DNA of 64,000 nt. Source: Pseudomonadota bacterium. Lineage in GTDB: Bacteria; Bdellovibrionota; Bdellovibrionia; Bdellovibrionales; Bdellovibrionaceae. The stretch is taken from positions 128,001-192,000 of the forward strand of contig JBEGVH010000010.1 of assembly GCA_041178425.1 (NCBI GenBank), given 5' to 3'. Positions 39,434 to 49,126 of this stretch are shown here, one piece after another. Position 1 is the stretch's first letter. Each line of letters begins with the position of its first letter. The position numbers were made by a program, and so were the translations under genes. Below the pieces are notes generated by a model. That model made no database searches, was not told the DNA's origin, and saw only the letters and a program-made list of their open reading frames with translations.

Positions 39434-41041
39434 CTACATTCTAAAGACGCCGGTGAGTTTCTCACCCCACGCACGATTTAAACTTGCCGAAATTCCAAGG
39501 GCTAACACCCTTCGGGTATCAACAGGATCAATGATCCCATCATCCCACAAGCGGGCCGTCGAATAATAGGCTGAGCTTTCTTGTTCATATTTTTCTAAGG
39601 TAGGACGTTTAAACTCGTCCTGCTCCGCTGCGCTCATGGTTTTACCTTGCCCAGCCATTTGATCAAGCTTGACGGTAAGAAGAACATTGGCTGCCTGTTC
39701 GCCACCCATTACTGAGATTTTCGCGTTAGGCCACATCCAGAGTTGGCGAGGTTGAAAGGCTCTTCCGCACATTCCGTAGTTTCCAGCACCATAGCTACCG
39801 CCGATAACTACTGTAAATTTAGGAACCCTAGCATTTGAAACGGCCATCACCATTTTAGCCCCATGCTTTGCGATTCCTTCGTTCTCGTATTTTTTACCAA
39901 CCATGAATCCAGTAATATTTTGCAAAAATACGAGCGGAATCTCTCGCTGTTCACAGAGCTCAATAAAATGAGAGGCCTTGAGCGCACTCTCACTAAATAA
40001 AACTCCATTATTAGCAATAATTCCTACTGGCATTCCCCAGATATGGGCAAAACCCGTAACCAGGGTTTGTCCATAGTTAGCCTTAAATTCGTGGAGGCGA
40101 CTTCCATCAACGATGCGAGCAATCACTTCGCGAACATCAAATGGCTTCCTCGCATCAGCAGGAATAACCCCATAGAGTTCTTCAATAGGATAGGCGGGTT
40201 CTTCAATAGGAAGAGTTTTGAGTTTCACTTTTTTCTGGAGATTCAAATGAGCAACGATAGAACGCGCGATTTCAATGGCATGCTCATCATTTTCGGCAAA
40301 ATGATCGGTTACACCACTTGTTTCGCAATGAACTTCAGCGCCACCGAGCTCCTGGGCCGTGACAACTTCTCCCGTTGCCGCCCGAACTAATGGTGGCCCC
40401 CCCAAGAATATGGTGCCATTGTCTTTAACAATGATATTCTCATCGCTCATTGCCGGAACGTAGGCGCCACCCGCAGTACAGCTTCCCATCACCACCGAGA
40501 TTTGTGAAATTCCTAAAGCTGACATTCTTGCCTGATTATAAAAAATGCGCCCAAAATGTTCGCGATCAGGAAAAACTTCTGCCTGCAAAGGTAAAAAGGC
40601 GCCTCCGCTATCGACAAGATATAAACAAGGCAGACCATTTTCGAGAGCTATTTCCTGCGCGCGCAAATGCTTCTTCACCGTCATCGGAAAATAAGTTCCC
40701 CCTTTTACGGTCGCATCATTCGCAACGATAACACACTCTTGTCCGTGAATAGAGCCAATGCCGGTAATGACACCCGCCCCAGGGGCTTGCTGCTCGTACA
40801 TATCCCAAGCTGCCAGCGTTGAAAATTCTAAAAAGGCAGAGCCATTATCGATGAGGGCTTCAATACGCTCCCGCGCTGTTAATTTTCCGCGACTTTTGTG
40901 TTTTTCAATAGAGTCTTTGCCACCGCCTAGTTTTACTTTTTCAACTCGCTCTCGCCACTCTGAAACAAAGGAGGCCATTTTGGATTTATTCGCCAAAAAG
41001 TCGCTCTCTTGCGGGTTAATCAATGTTGATAGGATCTCCAT
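39434..41041 (-). CDS. liuB: methylcrotonyl-CoA carboxylase beta (carboxyltransferase) subunit
   Basis: [53 protein letters not shown]. Confidence 0.96.
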   Translation of the reverse strand: MEILSTLINPQESDFLANKSKMASFVSEWRERVEKVKLGGGKDSIEKHKSRGKLTARERIEALIDNGSAFLEFSTLAAWDMYEQQAPGAGVITGIGSIHGQECVIVANDATVKGGTYFPMTVKKHLRAQEIALENGLPCLYLVDSGGAFLPLQAEVFPDREHFGRIFYNQARMSALGISQISVVMGSCTAGGAYVPAMSDENIIVKDNGTIFLGGPPLVRAATGEVVTAQELGGAEVHCETSGVTDHFAENDEHAIEIARSIVAHLNLQKKVKLKTLPIEEPAYPIEELYGVIPADARKPFDVREVIARIVDGSRLHEFKANYGQTLVTGFAHIWGMPVGIIANNGVLFSESALKASHFIELCEQREIPLVFLQNITGFMVGKKYENEGIAKHGAKMVMAVSNARVPKFTVVIGGSYGAGNYGMCGRAFQPRQLWMWPNAKISVMGGEQAANVLLTVKLDQMAGQGKTMSAAEQDEFKRPTLEKYEQESSAYYSTARLWDDGIIDPVDTRRVLALGISASLNRAWGEKLTGVFRM

Positions 41042-41068
41042 GAAGCTCTCCTCGCTTTTTGAAAAAGG

Positions 41069-41713
41069 TCACTTTAAAAGGGGCGACCACTGCAATTCAA
41101 AAGTAAAATGAACCTGACTCAATAAGACATCATTTGAAGACGAAATCATTGAGCTCAAATAGATTTCTCCCCTTTTTTCCTTAAGCAGTTCGGCCATGCT
41201 TGCCTCAAATTCAGGGGCATTCAGCTCGCATCGCACTATGCAGTGCGAAAGAGAAGCGGCCACAGTTTCTAACTCCAGCTTGGCTACCTTTATCTTTAAA
41301 TCTCCCGGAGGGCAGTGCTTTTCAAGGAGCCATCGCCCTGCCACTTCTGCCATGGCCACTAAGGAGGGTGTTGTCCACGAAGTTGAATCCTGAAGATGAA
41401 CCTGCGGTGAAACTAATAATTCAATTTTATAGGGTTCCCAGTTTTTAACGGACGTATCAAGCCACTCAGAAAGCGGCTCCAACCTTCTGCCAATAATACT
41501 GGCAGCGGCAGGCGCAAGGTCAGGAGCTATTTCTTGAATAAGGTTTATCAGGGCAGGCCAACGATCAGCAACGCCCTGCTTGGAAAGCTTCGCTTGAAAC
41601 CCCTGCTTAGCCTCCTTCAATAACCCGTCGAAGGCCGCGTGACCCATTTGCTTCCAGAGTCCCAAGGTGTTTTGCAGCTGATTTTTGAAATCCTCTTGCA
41701 TTTTTAACTCCAC
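41069..41713 (-). CDS. hypothetical protein, possible hotdog/thioesterase-like fold
   Basis: First gene of the liu run; SLVAMAEVAG helix followed by a beta-strand pattern. Confidence 0.55.
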   Translation of the reverse strand: MELKMQEDFKNQLQNTLGLWKQMGHAAFDGLLKEAKQGFQAKLSKQGVADRWPALINLIQEIAPDLAPAAASIIGRRLEPLSEWLDTSVKNWEPYKIELLVSPQVHLQDSTSWTTPSLVAMAEVAGRWLLEKHCPPGDLKIKVAKLELETVAASLSHCIVRCELNAPEFEASMAELLKEKRGEIYLSSMISSSNDVLLSQVHFTFELQWSPLLK

Positions 41714-41791
41714 TTCCCCGGTCGCTTCGGGTACTTTTTTGACATAAAAGCTTCTGACATTGGTAGTCCTAATTTATAGAGGGGTCAAAGT

Positions 41792-42358
41792 ATGAAATAC
41801 ATCAGCACAGTAATCTTTGGGATCGCATTAGCATATACGTGGAACCTCGTTCAGCAAGTCCCCGCTATCAATGTTCAAACCCATGCGGCGCTACAGACAC
41901 GATTAGCAGAAGTCATCCGGCAAAGCGTGATTGAGGTTAAACCCTCCGCCAAAGAAATTATTATTCTTAAAGTCACCACCGAACCCATTGATGAAAAATC
42001 AGTGAAGGCGCATTTCTCTTATACCTTTGTTGAGACCGACGAGGAAACTGGCGAGCTCACTCAGCAACAAGTAGATGGTGATGCGCTCTTAAAAAGAAGC
42101 CAAGGGGCAGATCCTGATCGCGATCTTTGGACCATGGAGAATGTAAAAACAAACACAGGGGCAATGAGTTTTAGAGACGGGATCGTTATTACTCCGGGCA
42201 TGGATGACGCTGAGGGCACTACCGATACCGCTAACCCAGAAGCAGAAGTTCCAGTTGAAGGATCTCCGAATGAAACGCCCCCCACGTCTCAACCACCAGA
42301 GACTGTGCCTGCCGCGCCTTCAGAGACTCAAGGAACAACCACTCCTTCTCATGATTGA
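41792..42358 (+). CDS. membrane-anchored hypothetical protein with Pro/Thr/Glu-rich tail
   Basis: N-terminal TM; disordered C-terminus; GAGGGG RBS. Confidence 0.75.
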   Translation: MKYISTVIFGIALAYTWNLVQQVPAINVQTHAALQTRLAEVIRQSVIEVKPSAKEIIILKVTTEPIDEKSVKAHFSYTFVETDEETGELTQQQVDGDALLKRSQGADPDRDLWTMENVKTNTGAMSFRDGIVITPGMDDAEGTTDTANPEAEVPVEGSPNETPPTSQPPETVPAAPSETQGTTTPSHD

Positions 42359-43385
42359 TTCTATAGGCTTTGCAGTTATTGATGAAAACGGAGTGGTTCT
42401 CGATCACCTTCGTCAGCCAGTCAGTGACCCCGATGTTCTAGAAGAATTTTTTGCGGAACTCACCTTAGGAGCAAGCTTTGAAATTCTCTCCAAACTTCAC
42501 GGAGAACCTGTTTTAGTAGAAGCCTTTGATGAACCCATTATTGCCAACAACCTAGAGCTCATCGACTCAAATCATAAAATAAAAAATGTTTATGGCTATT
42601 CCTGGAACTTTGAGCTTTCGTCACTTGTGGTGGACGAATGGGATCGCTTTCATGGCATCACCATCAACGGTCTTCCCTTTGTTCTTAGCAATCAAGCGCA
42701 AGATCAGCTGTTCACACAGCTCGATGAATTTGATGACGACTCTATCACCTTTCAGGGAGAGACCTACTCAGTATCACCTTATTGGAATGATGAGATCGAG
42801 GTTGAGTCGGAGAGCTATTGGACAAGTAAATATCAACTCAACCAAGCGGGATGGGATCTTGGAAGCCCCGCTCATGCGCTAAAAAGTATTGTCCCAAAAC
42901 TCAAGCTTCCTAGTTCTCGCGTTTTAGTTCTTGGCGGGGGCCAAGGACACGATGCTGGTTATTTTGCGGATCTCGGTCACCATGTAACCCTTGTAGATAT
43001 TAGCCCAGAGGCCTTAGCGCTGGCCCAAAAATCGTATGGAGATCGAAAAAATATTCGTTTTATAGAGGCCGATCTTTTTGACCTTCCACAAGATATGATC
43101 GGACAGTTTGATCTCATCATCGAACACACTTGCTTTTGTGCCATCAATCCGAGCCTTCGCAATGATCTTGTTCGTCAATGGCGACTACTCCTCAACGAAA
43201 ATGGATTTCTTTTAGGCGTTTTCTTTGCGATGCCCAAACGCTCAGGTCCACCCTTTGGTGCGAGCGAACGGGAAATCCGTCGAAGACTCGAAAAAGGATT
43301 TCAAACTCTTATCTGGCAGCGCTTTCGCCAATCCATCAAGCCACGATTGGGTCGCGAACTCCTCGTTTATATCAAAAAGAAATAA
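42351..43385 (+). CDS. class I SAM methyltransferase (TPMT-like) with extra N-terminal domain
   Basis: GWDLG, VLVLGGGQGHDA, DLIIEHTCFCAI, GPPFG. Start placed at ATG 42351 overlapping the upstream stop. Confidence 0.85.
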   Translation: MIDSIGFAVIDENGVVLDHLRQPVSDPDVLEEFFAELTLGASFEILSKLHGEPVLVEAFDEPIIANNLELIDSNHKIKNVYGYSWNFELSSLVVDEWDRFHGITINGLPFVLSNQAQDQLFTQLDEFDDDSITFQGETYSVSPYWNDEIEVESESYWTSKYQLNQAGWDLGSPAHALKSIVPKLKLPSSRVLVLGGGQGHDAGYFADLGHHVTLVDISPEALALAQKSYGDRKNIRFIEADLFDLPQDMIGQFDLIIEHTCFCAINPSLRNDLVRQWRLLLNENGFLLGVFFAMPKRSGPPFGASEREIRRRLEKGFQTLIWQRFRQSIKPRLGRELLVYIKKK

Positions 43386-43670
43386 GCTTTATTATTAACG
43401 CTCGGTTTTGGCATCTCTTTGAGTTTAATTCCTATGCCACAATCAGTTGCTTCAATGAAAAAAAATCACGCTCCTTTAGCGCTATCATGTCGCTTCGGAT
43501 TCGGGTCACGCTAGACAGACTAAAGTACTAAAAAAAACGCAGCATTGTTAGTGACATAGAAAAAAACTCAGAGATCTATCAGCGTGCAATTGGGAAGAAG
43601 GTCGGGGTATTTTGGTATTTTCTTTGACCAAAACATGTGCTCATATTTTAATCACTTTTCTGGGGTGCAC

Positions 43671-43686
43671 TGGCATAAAACTCGCA
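43671..43686 (+). promoter_or_regulatory. putative sigma54 -24/-12 promoter
   Basis: TGGCATAAAACTCGCA, GG-N10-GC, at the end of a roughly 350-nt intergenic region with room for enhancer sites. Confidence 0.6.
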
Positions 43687-43740
43687 AACTGAACTAGGAC
43701 CTGCCAACCAGCAGCTGAGCCAATTCAAAGAAGGAGATGA

Positions 43741-44961
43741 ATGAAGACACTCAATTTGGTTTTTATGCTTCTCTGTTATTCGATGAACTCGCTTGGTCTC
43801 GACTCTATAGCCAACTTACCAAAAGGAATTTCGAGCCCCGCATTTAAACAAGGCTATATTTTTGGTGCTGATCAAAAGTATGACTCGATGGGAGACCTGT
43901 ATAACATCGCTGATCTGAATTCTATTGAACTCAATGTGGCTAACTTAAAAGCCATCGAGCCAGACATTAAAAAACTAGAAACGGCCATGAACAAATTCGG
44001 ACAAAATGGACTGGGAAGCACTCTCCACCTTGGTGTTCTCAAGGTCACGGCAGAACCCACGGTTCATTTTTCAGCACCTATGTTCGGTCACGGCATTAGC
44101 GATCGCTGGATGGTGGGAGTGGGCATTCCTGTGGTTAGATATACTAATCGCCTTAGCTTTATTCATTCGGGCTCAAACATAGATGAACTCAAAAGGCAAT
44201 TTTATGGAGTTTCCGATAGTATTGACGAAGCTTTTGATCGCCTTGATCAGGACCTCATTCCCGTCGCACAACAAACCCTTCGTGAAAAGGGCTATAAATC
44301 TCTCGAAACTCGCAACCAAACTTTTATTGGCGACGTTCAAATCGCAAGCTTCTATTTACTCCATAAGGATTCAACTTTCGGGTTAAGGTGGCAAACTTTA
44401 GTCAATTTGCCAACGGGTCCACAAGATGATCCTGATGACCTCGCTGATCTAAATATTTTTGGGAGAACTTCATGGGAAAACTATTTAGTTTCGAATTTGC
44501 ATATCTGGAAGGACCTTGTTTTGGCGGTCAAAGGTGGCTTCAAGTGGGCCATCCCTGATCGTGTAAAAGCTCGCGTGCCCCTTAACTCAAATGATACACT
44601 TCCTGGCTCCGATCGACTATCGATTGTCGATCGTGATATTGGTGACTCCCTATTACTAGGCTCCTCCCTCACCTACACGATACACAGTGGTTTTGGTGCA
44701 GGCTTCGGCCTAACTGGTAATTTCAAGCAAACTGATAGCTATGCCGGAACTCTCATGGGAGACTACGGTGTTTTAAGTAGGGATACCGACTCCTATTCAA
44801 TAAGTAGTATTTATGAGTTGAGTTATGATACTGTCTCTCTGTATTTTTCAAAAAAAGCCTTAATACCCATGATTTTATCGATGAATTTTAGCGATACAAT
44901 ACGGGGTAAAAACGTTCAGCGACTGACTCAAACCGAGATGACGGCCACGTTATTTTTCTAA
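43741..44961 (+). CDS. hypothetical exported protein, probable outer-membrane beta-barrel
   Basis: Signal peptide; amphipathic strands; GDVQI...LPTG motif; C-terminal aromatic (MTATLFF). Confidence 0.65.
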   Translation: MKTLNLVFMLLCYSMNSLGLDSIANLPKGISSPAFKQGYIFGADQKYDSMGDLYNIADLNSIELNVANLKAIEPDIKKLETAMNKFGQNGLGSTLHLGVLKVTAEPTVHFSAPMFGHGISDRWMVGVGIPVVRYTNRLSFIHSGSNIDELKRQFYGVSDSIDEAFDRLDQDLIPVAQQTLREKGYKSLETRNQTFIGDVQIASFYLLHKDSTFGLRWQTLVNLPTGPQDDPDDLADLNIFGRTSWENYLVSNLHIWKDLVLAVKGGFKWAIPDRVKARVPLNSNDTLPGSDRLSIVDRDIGDSLLLGSSLTYTIHSGFGAGFGLTGNFKQTDSYAGTLMGDYGVLSRDTDSYSISSIYELSYDTVSLYFSKKALIPMILSMNFSDTIRGKNVQRLTQTEMTATLFF

Positions 44962-44970
44962 GGGGAACCC

Positions 44971-47448
44971 ATGAGCAAAACTATCTTCCAAAGCCTCTTT
45001 TCTATCTTTTTTTTAATTGTTTCGGCATGTGCCCCTAAAATAAAGAACCACCCAATCCCCAACACAAAGCCACTTCTTGGACCCAAGCAAACGGATGTTA
45101 TTCTTAAATTTAACGGTGACTCTAAGCTCAATGAGAAGCTTCCAGCTTTAAAAGATCAGACCATGGCGACTGCCGAGCTTCTAAAAACGACTGAGAAGTT
45201 AATTCTCCTGAGCTATCAATTAAATAAACCTGCGATGGCCAGATTGTCGCTCAATTTACATGGGGCTCTCTACAACACTCCAGACGCCATGCAAACGGTC
45301 GAGTTTGAACGTAGCCCTTTTGCAGATGCTCTTGTTAAAGAAGCCCAACCCCAAGTCAGTGAAAAAATTGAATCGATTCTCTTACAACTTGAATCACAGA
45401 GACGACTGATTTCGAGTCTGCTTGATGAAAGAACAAATCCTGCGCCAAAAAATGCAAGAATAGCATTTATTCATTTTCCTGCCCTTGTGAGAGATCAGCT
45501 AAAAAAAGAAATTGCTTATTTGGCCGAGCATAGCGTGGACCCCCTCATCATTGAAAGTATCCAAACTGCGGTACAGAAGGAAGTGGAACCCATCTTGTTG
45601 AAGTCAGAGCTGCAAATCGCAGACATCTTAAAAGCACCTACGTTTGAGCGAACTCTCACAGACCTTGACTCACTATTTGTTACTTTTCAATATGTACCCG
45701 AAAAAGCCGTTAAAGAGCAGATAGAGCTCGGACGACAAATCGCTCGATCCATTAATAATATGAAAACTGAACAGGCGGCGCTGACCCTTATCGTTCAATT
45801 TTGGAGATTGATGAATCCAAAGGAACGCCTAGAAAACTTCAAACCTGCGTCGGCTGATCTGTATGACTACCTTAAAGACAAAGACGCGGAAGAACTCGAT
45901 TGCTTGTCCTCAGATAGCTGCCTCGATGTTATTCTTCTCATTGGTAAAAAGAAGATATTTTCGGGTTTACGAGAATATGGGCTTATAAAGCTACAATCCA
46001 CCTTCAATACGGGCGCCCAGAAGTTTGTAATCGATCAAATTGAAACAACCCTCCCAAAAGAAATCTCTGCGATTCCTGTTGAAATGAAAAAACAAATACT
46101 CCCACGGCTTGAACAAAAAGCGGTTGATCTAACTCAAATTAAAACTGATTTTGAAGGCTTTTTAAGACCCCTCCTGAAGGGCTGGGCCAAACAAACTATT
46201 TACACTGAACAAGCTCAAACATTGCCTCTCATGGAGAAAAATTCTGTTCGTGTTTCCATGGAAAATGGACGTTCCTTCGTTACAGGAGTATCTGGAAACG
46301 ATAATTCTTTTAACTTGCAAACAGTTGGTTCATCGCTAGCAATGACTTCTCTGTTTTGGAAGATCAATGACAATCATTCCATCGATCGCAACCGCCACGT
46401 CATGATGATGAGAAGCATGATCGAGCAAATCAATAAACTTCTTTTGATCTACAATCAATTTCCCGCTGCCGAGACCCCTCGATCAAAAAAACAATTCGAT
46501 GCTTTAGCCAATGGCGAACTAATTAGAGGACTCAGCAGGCTTTCCTACCACCTTCGTGATTTCGAACCCACCATCTTTGATTTGCACCTTGGAAGAGTTG
46601 AAGTGGGGGAGCTCGCGATTGAATCGCTACCGCAAGAGCTGGCTCAACAGCAGTTATTTCCTAAAGAAACCTTTTTTGCTCTAGCTATAGGAAATGCTGC
46701 GCTCTTACTGAAAAATTTAAATAGTCCGCCAAGTCCTGTCTTCACCGTGAACACTGAAGATAAAATCCAATGGTTGGATAAAGCGACCGAAAACCCAGAA
46801 ACACCAAATGTTATGGCAGGGGTTGTTGATATTATTAATGGCAAAAGATCTCAGCTGGTCAAAAGCTCCAATTTGTCTAAATTTCTTATCTCTATGATCG
46901 AATTCTATCGAGCTACAGAAAAGCTAGATCAGACCCAAGCTCCGAGACTCTTGGAGAAGAATGGTGATGGCAAATCTAATTTACAAATTATTTTAGAGAG
47001 TCGCACCGATATTCGTGGCCTTATTCTTGGCTTATCAAACTTTCTCTCGCACCAAATCAAAGGCGCTGATGGAATAACCTTGCACTCAATCAATATTAAG
47101 GAATCAATCGTTCGAAATACGGGAGTTATTTATCTCGACGATCAAATAAATTCTATCGAAGCACTCCTCGATAGCTACGAACTCCTGCAAACTAACATGT
47201 ATCTTTGGTCTGCCATTGATACTTTTTATGCCCTAAACAAATCGCTCTGGAATTCTTCTGCCGATTTTTATTTTTCTGACTCACAAAAAACTCCAGCAAG
47301 TTTTGCCCAGAAAATAGCAACACTCCAAGTAATCTCACGTCTAAAAAATTACCTCCCCCCTCAGAGCAAAGAGCAGGCTGAGAGAATTTTGCATATAAAC
47401 ACCCAAGCATTTTCTTCAAAGAGCCATTTTTCTACAAAGAGCCATTAA
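44971..47448 (+). CDS. large lipoprotein with C-terminal six-hairpin (alpha/alpha)-barrel-like segment
   Basis: Lipobox IVSAC; YLDDQINSIEALLDSYELLQTNMYLWSA...LWNSSADFY. Confidence 0.7.
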   Translation: MSKTIFQSLFSIFFLIVSACAPKIKNHPIPNTKPLLGPKQTDVILKFNGDSKLNEKLPALKDQTMATAELLKTTEKLILLSYQLNKPAMARLSLNLHGALYNTPDAMQTVEFERSPFADALVKEAQPQVSEKIESILLQLESQRRLISSLLDERTNPAPKNARIAFIHFPALVRDQLKKEIAYLAEHSVDPLIIESIQTAVQKEVEPILLKSELQIADILKAPTFERTLTDLDSLFVTFQYVPEKAVKEQIELGRQIARSINNMKTEQAALTLIVQFWRLMNPKERLENFKPASADLYDYLKDKDAEELDCLSSDSCLDVILLIGKKKIFSGLREYGLIKLQSTFNTGAQKFVIDQIETTLPKEISAIPVEMKKQILPRLEQKAVDLTQIKTDFEGFLRPLLKGWAKQTIYTEQAQTLPLMEKNSVRVSMENGRSFVTGVSGNDNSFNLQTVGSSLAMTSLFWKINDNHSIDRNRHVMMMRSMIEQINKLLLIYNQFPAAETPRSKKQFDALANGELIRGLSRLSYHLRDFEPTIFDLHLGRVEVGELAIESLPQELAQQQLFPKETFFALAIGNAALLLKNLNSPPSPVFTVNTEDKIQWLDKATENPETPNVMAGVVDIINGKRSQLVKSSNLSKFLISMIEFYRATEKLDQTQAPRLLEKNGDGKSNLQIILESRTDIRGLILGLSNFLSHQIKGADGITLHSINIKESIVRNTGVIYLDDQINSIEALLDSYELLQTNMYLWSAIDTFYALNKSLWNSSADFYFSDSQKTPASFAQKIATLQVISRLKNYLPPQSKEQAERILHINTQAFSSKSHFSTKSH

Positions 47449-47601
47449 GGAAAACTAATGGCGACTCTTCTTGAAATAATCCAAAAAGTACCTTTCTTGA
47501 CCGTCAGGTACTTGTTTCAAATCTCATGACATTTTCTTGGGTCCTTTGCTTCTTAAAGCACCTCGATTTGATCTAGAGAGCCCGTAAAATGATTTTGAGC
47601 T

Positions 47602-47617
47602 TGGCACGCATTTCGCT
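47602..47617 (+). promoter_or_regulatory. putative sigma54 -24/-12 promoter
   Basis: (T)TGGCACGCATTTCGCT: perfect TGGCACG -24 box, GG-N10-GC, 30 nt before the ATG. Confidence 0.7.
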
Positions 47618-47646
47618 TAGCTGGGAAGCTGAGAGAAGGGACTTTT

Positions 47647-48306
47647 ATGAAAATCACCTCAAATATCGTTCAAGGTAGCCTCGGAATTTTTCTTTTAATA
47701 ATCGGCCTAGGCTGCGCTAACAGCAATGGTAGAAGTAGCGCCCCTCCGCCGCCAGTTAACGGTGGCGGCCAATTCCCTGGAGGTCAGTATCCTGGTGGTC
47801 AGTACCCAGGTGGTCAATATCCCGGAGGTCAGTACCCAGGTGGTCAATACGGAACAATGTGCTCTTCGGGGCAAGTGATGATTGGTTCTGTTGGCTGTGT
47901 TCCTCAGGGAAGCTGCCCTGCCAATTACGGTTTTTATAACAATCAATGTGTGGCCGGAACAATGGGTGGATACAACCAGGGTGGCTATAATCAAGGGGGC
48001 TATCAATATGGTGCTGGCGCTTGCTCTGCGGGCCAAATCTATACCTATTATGGATGCCTACCTACAGCGGGTTGCCCTGCTAACCAAGCTATGTATAACA
48101 ACTCTTGCATCCCTGCAATGACCACAGGTGGTTACGGCAATACCAATACTTCCTACAATGGCTACTACTCTTACCCGGGTTACTATGGAAACGGATACTA
48201 CGGAAACGGTGGGTACGGAAATTACAATTCACCCTATGGCGGCTATAACTACTACTACTCCGTTCCACAAGTGAACCCATACTTTGGTTTTTCTTTCGGA
48301 CTATAA
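47647..48306 (+). CDS. Gly/Tyr/Asn/Gln-rich lipoprotein with GGQYP repeats and two 4-Cys modules
   Basis: Lipobox GLGC; low-complexity repeats. Confidence 0.85.
   Translation: MKITSNIVQGSLGIFLLIIGLGCANSNGRSSAPPPPVNGGGQFPGGQYPGGQYPGGQYPGGQYPGGQYGTMCSSGQVMIGSVGCVPQGSCPANYGFYNNQCVAGTMGGYNQGGYNQGGYQYGAGACSAGQIYTYYGCLPTAGCPANQAMYNNSCIPAMTTGGYGNTNTSYNGYYSYPGYYGNGYYGNGGYGNYNSPYGGYNYYYSVPQVNPYFGFSFGL
47764..47850 (+). repeat. 15-bp coding tandem repeat, about 6 x GGQ(Y/F)P
   Basis: GGQFP-GGQYP x4-GGQY with synonymous variation between units. Confidence 0.9.
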
Positions 48307-48330
48307 ATTAATTTTCTATTTTATTTTAAG

Positions 48331-48360
48331 GCCCCTACAATCAGTGGGGGCTTTTTTTTT
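48331..48360 (+). terminator. intrinsic terminator
   Basis: GCCCCTAC-AATCA-GTGGGGGC-T9. Confidence 0.8.
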
Positions 48361-48365
48361 GGATT

Positions 48366-48941
48366 CTACCTTACTAATTCTTGGTAAATTGCCAATAAGG
48401 CTTCTGAAGCAGGTTTTAGGTTTTCAATCCAGTCTTTGTGAGCATTGTCGTCAGAACCATCAGTGATATATTTGAAGGAGTGAAAAGCAATACCGAGTTT
48501 TTTACAAACCTTCGCAATAGCGTAGGCTTCCATATCAACGAGATCACACTCTAACTTGGGCGAAGAAATTTCAAAAACATCGCCAGTTCCACAGATCCCT
48601 TTTTGACGTTGCGAAATGGGCTCCACCAATAACTTGCCTGCAATTGGATCTTGAGGCGTTTCTCCTCTTGGAAAACCCAGTGGAGATAAATCCATGTCTC
48701 GCTGAACAAATCCGACACATTCAATGAGACTATGAGTCGGAAACTTATGACTACCTGCTGTTCCTAAGTTTAATACTTGTTTCACTGAACGAGTCATCAG
48801 GAGTTCCGTCGCCTTGAACGCTGCATTCACTTTTCCAATACCGCAATAATGAACCTCGATGCCCGCTTTTTCAAAAGCTCTCTGAGACTCGATGGGTAAG
48901 GCCATTATCAATACGGTTTCTTCTGATCTTAGAATTTTCAT
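48366..48941 (-). CDS. MTA/SAH nucleosidase-like (PNP_UDP_1 family)
   Basis: GIGKVNAA, NLGTAG, VQRDMD, VDMEAYAIA, KYITDGSD. Confidence 0.9.
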   Translation of the reverse strand: MKILRSEETVLIMALPIESQRAFEKAGIEVHYCGIGKVNAAFKATELLMTRSVKQVLNLGTAGSHKFPTHSLIECVGFVQRDMDLSPLGFPRGETPQDPIAGKLLVEPISQRQKGICGTGDVFEISSPKLECDLVDMEAYAIAKVCKKLGIAFHSFKYITDGSDDNAHKDWIENLKPASEALLAIYQELVR

Positions 48942-49126
48942 TCTGATTTCATAATCGAGAACTCATCCATCGTCTAGGGCAATAGTCTGCCGATGAAGTG
49001 ACTTCATCGGTTCTATGCAAATTTGCAAAAAACCAGACTGCCCCCGATTGCTCGAAAACAATAAACTACTGATGAGGCTAGACGGCCATACGACATTTTC
49101 TTTCGCTCTTTAAAGAGGGAGACGAC

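Noticed and set aside
42204..42350. N-terminal extension of the methyltransferase ORF
   Set aside because: Overlaps the upstream gene by about 150 nt; ATG 42351 gives normal translational coupling.
47764..47850. Tandem repeats as a CRISPR array
   Set aside because: 15-bp in-frame coding units without spacers; no cas genes.
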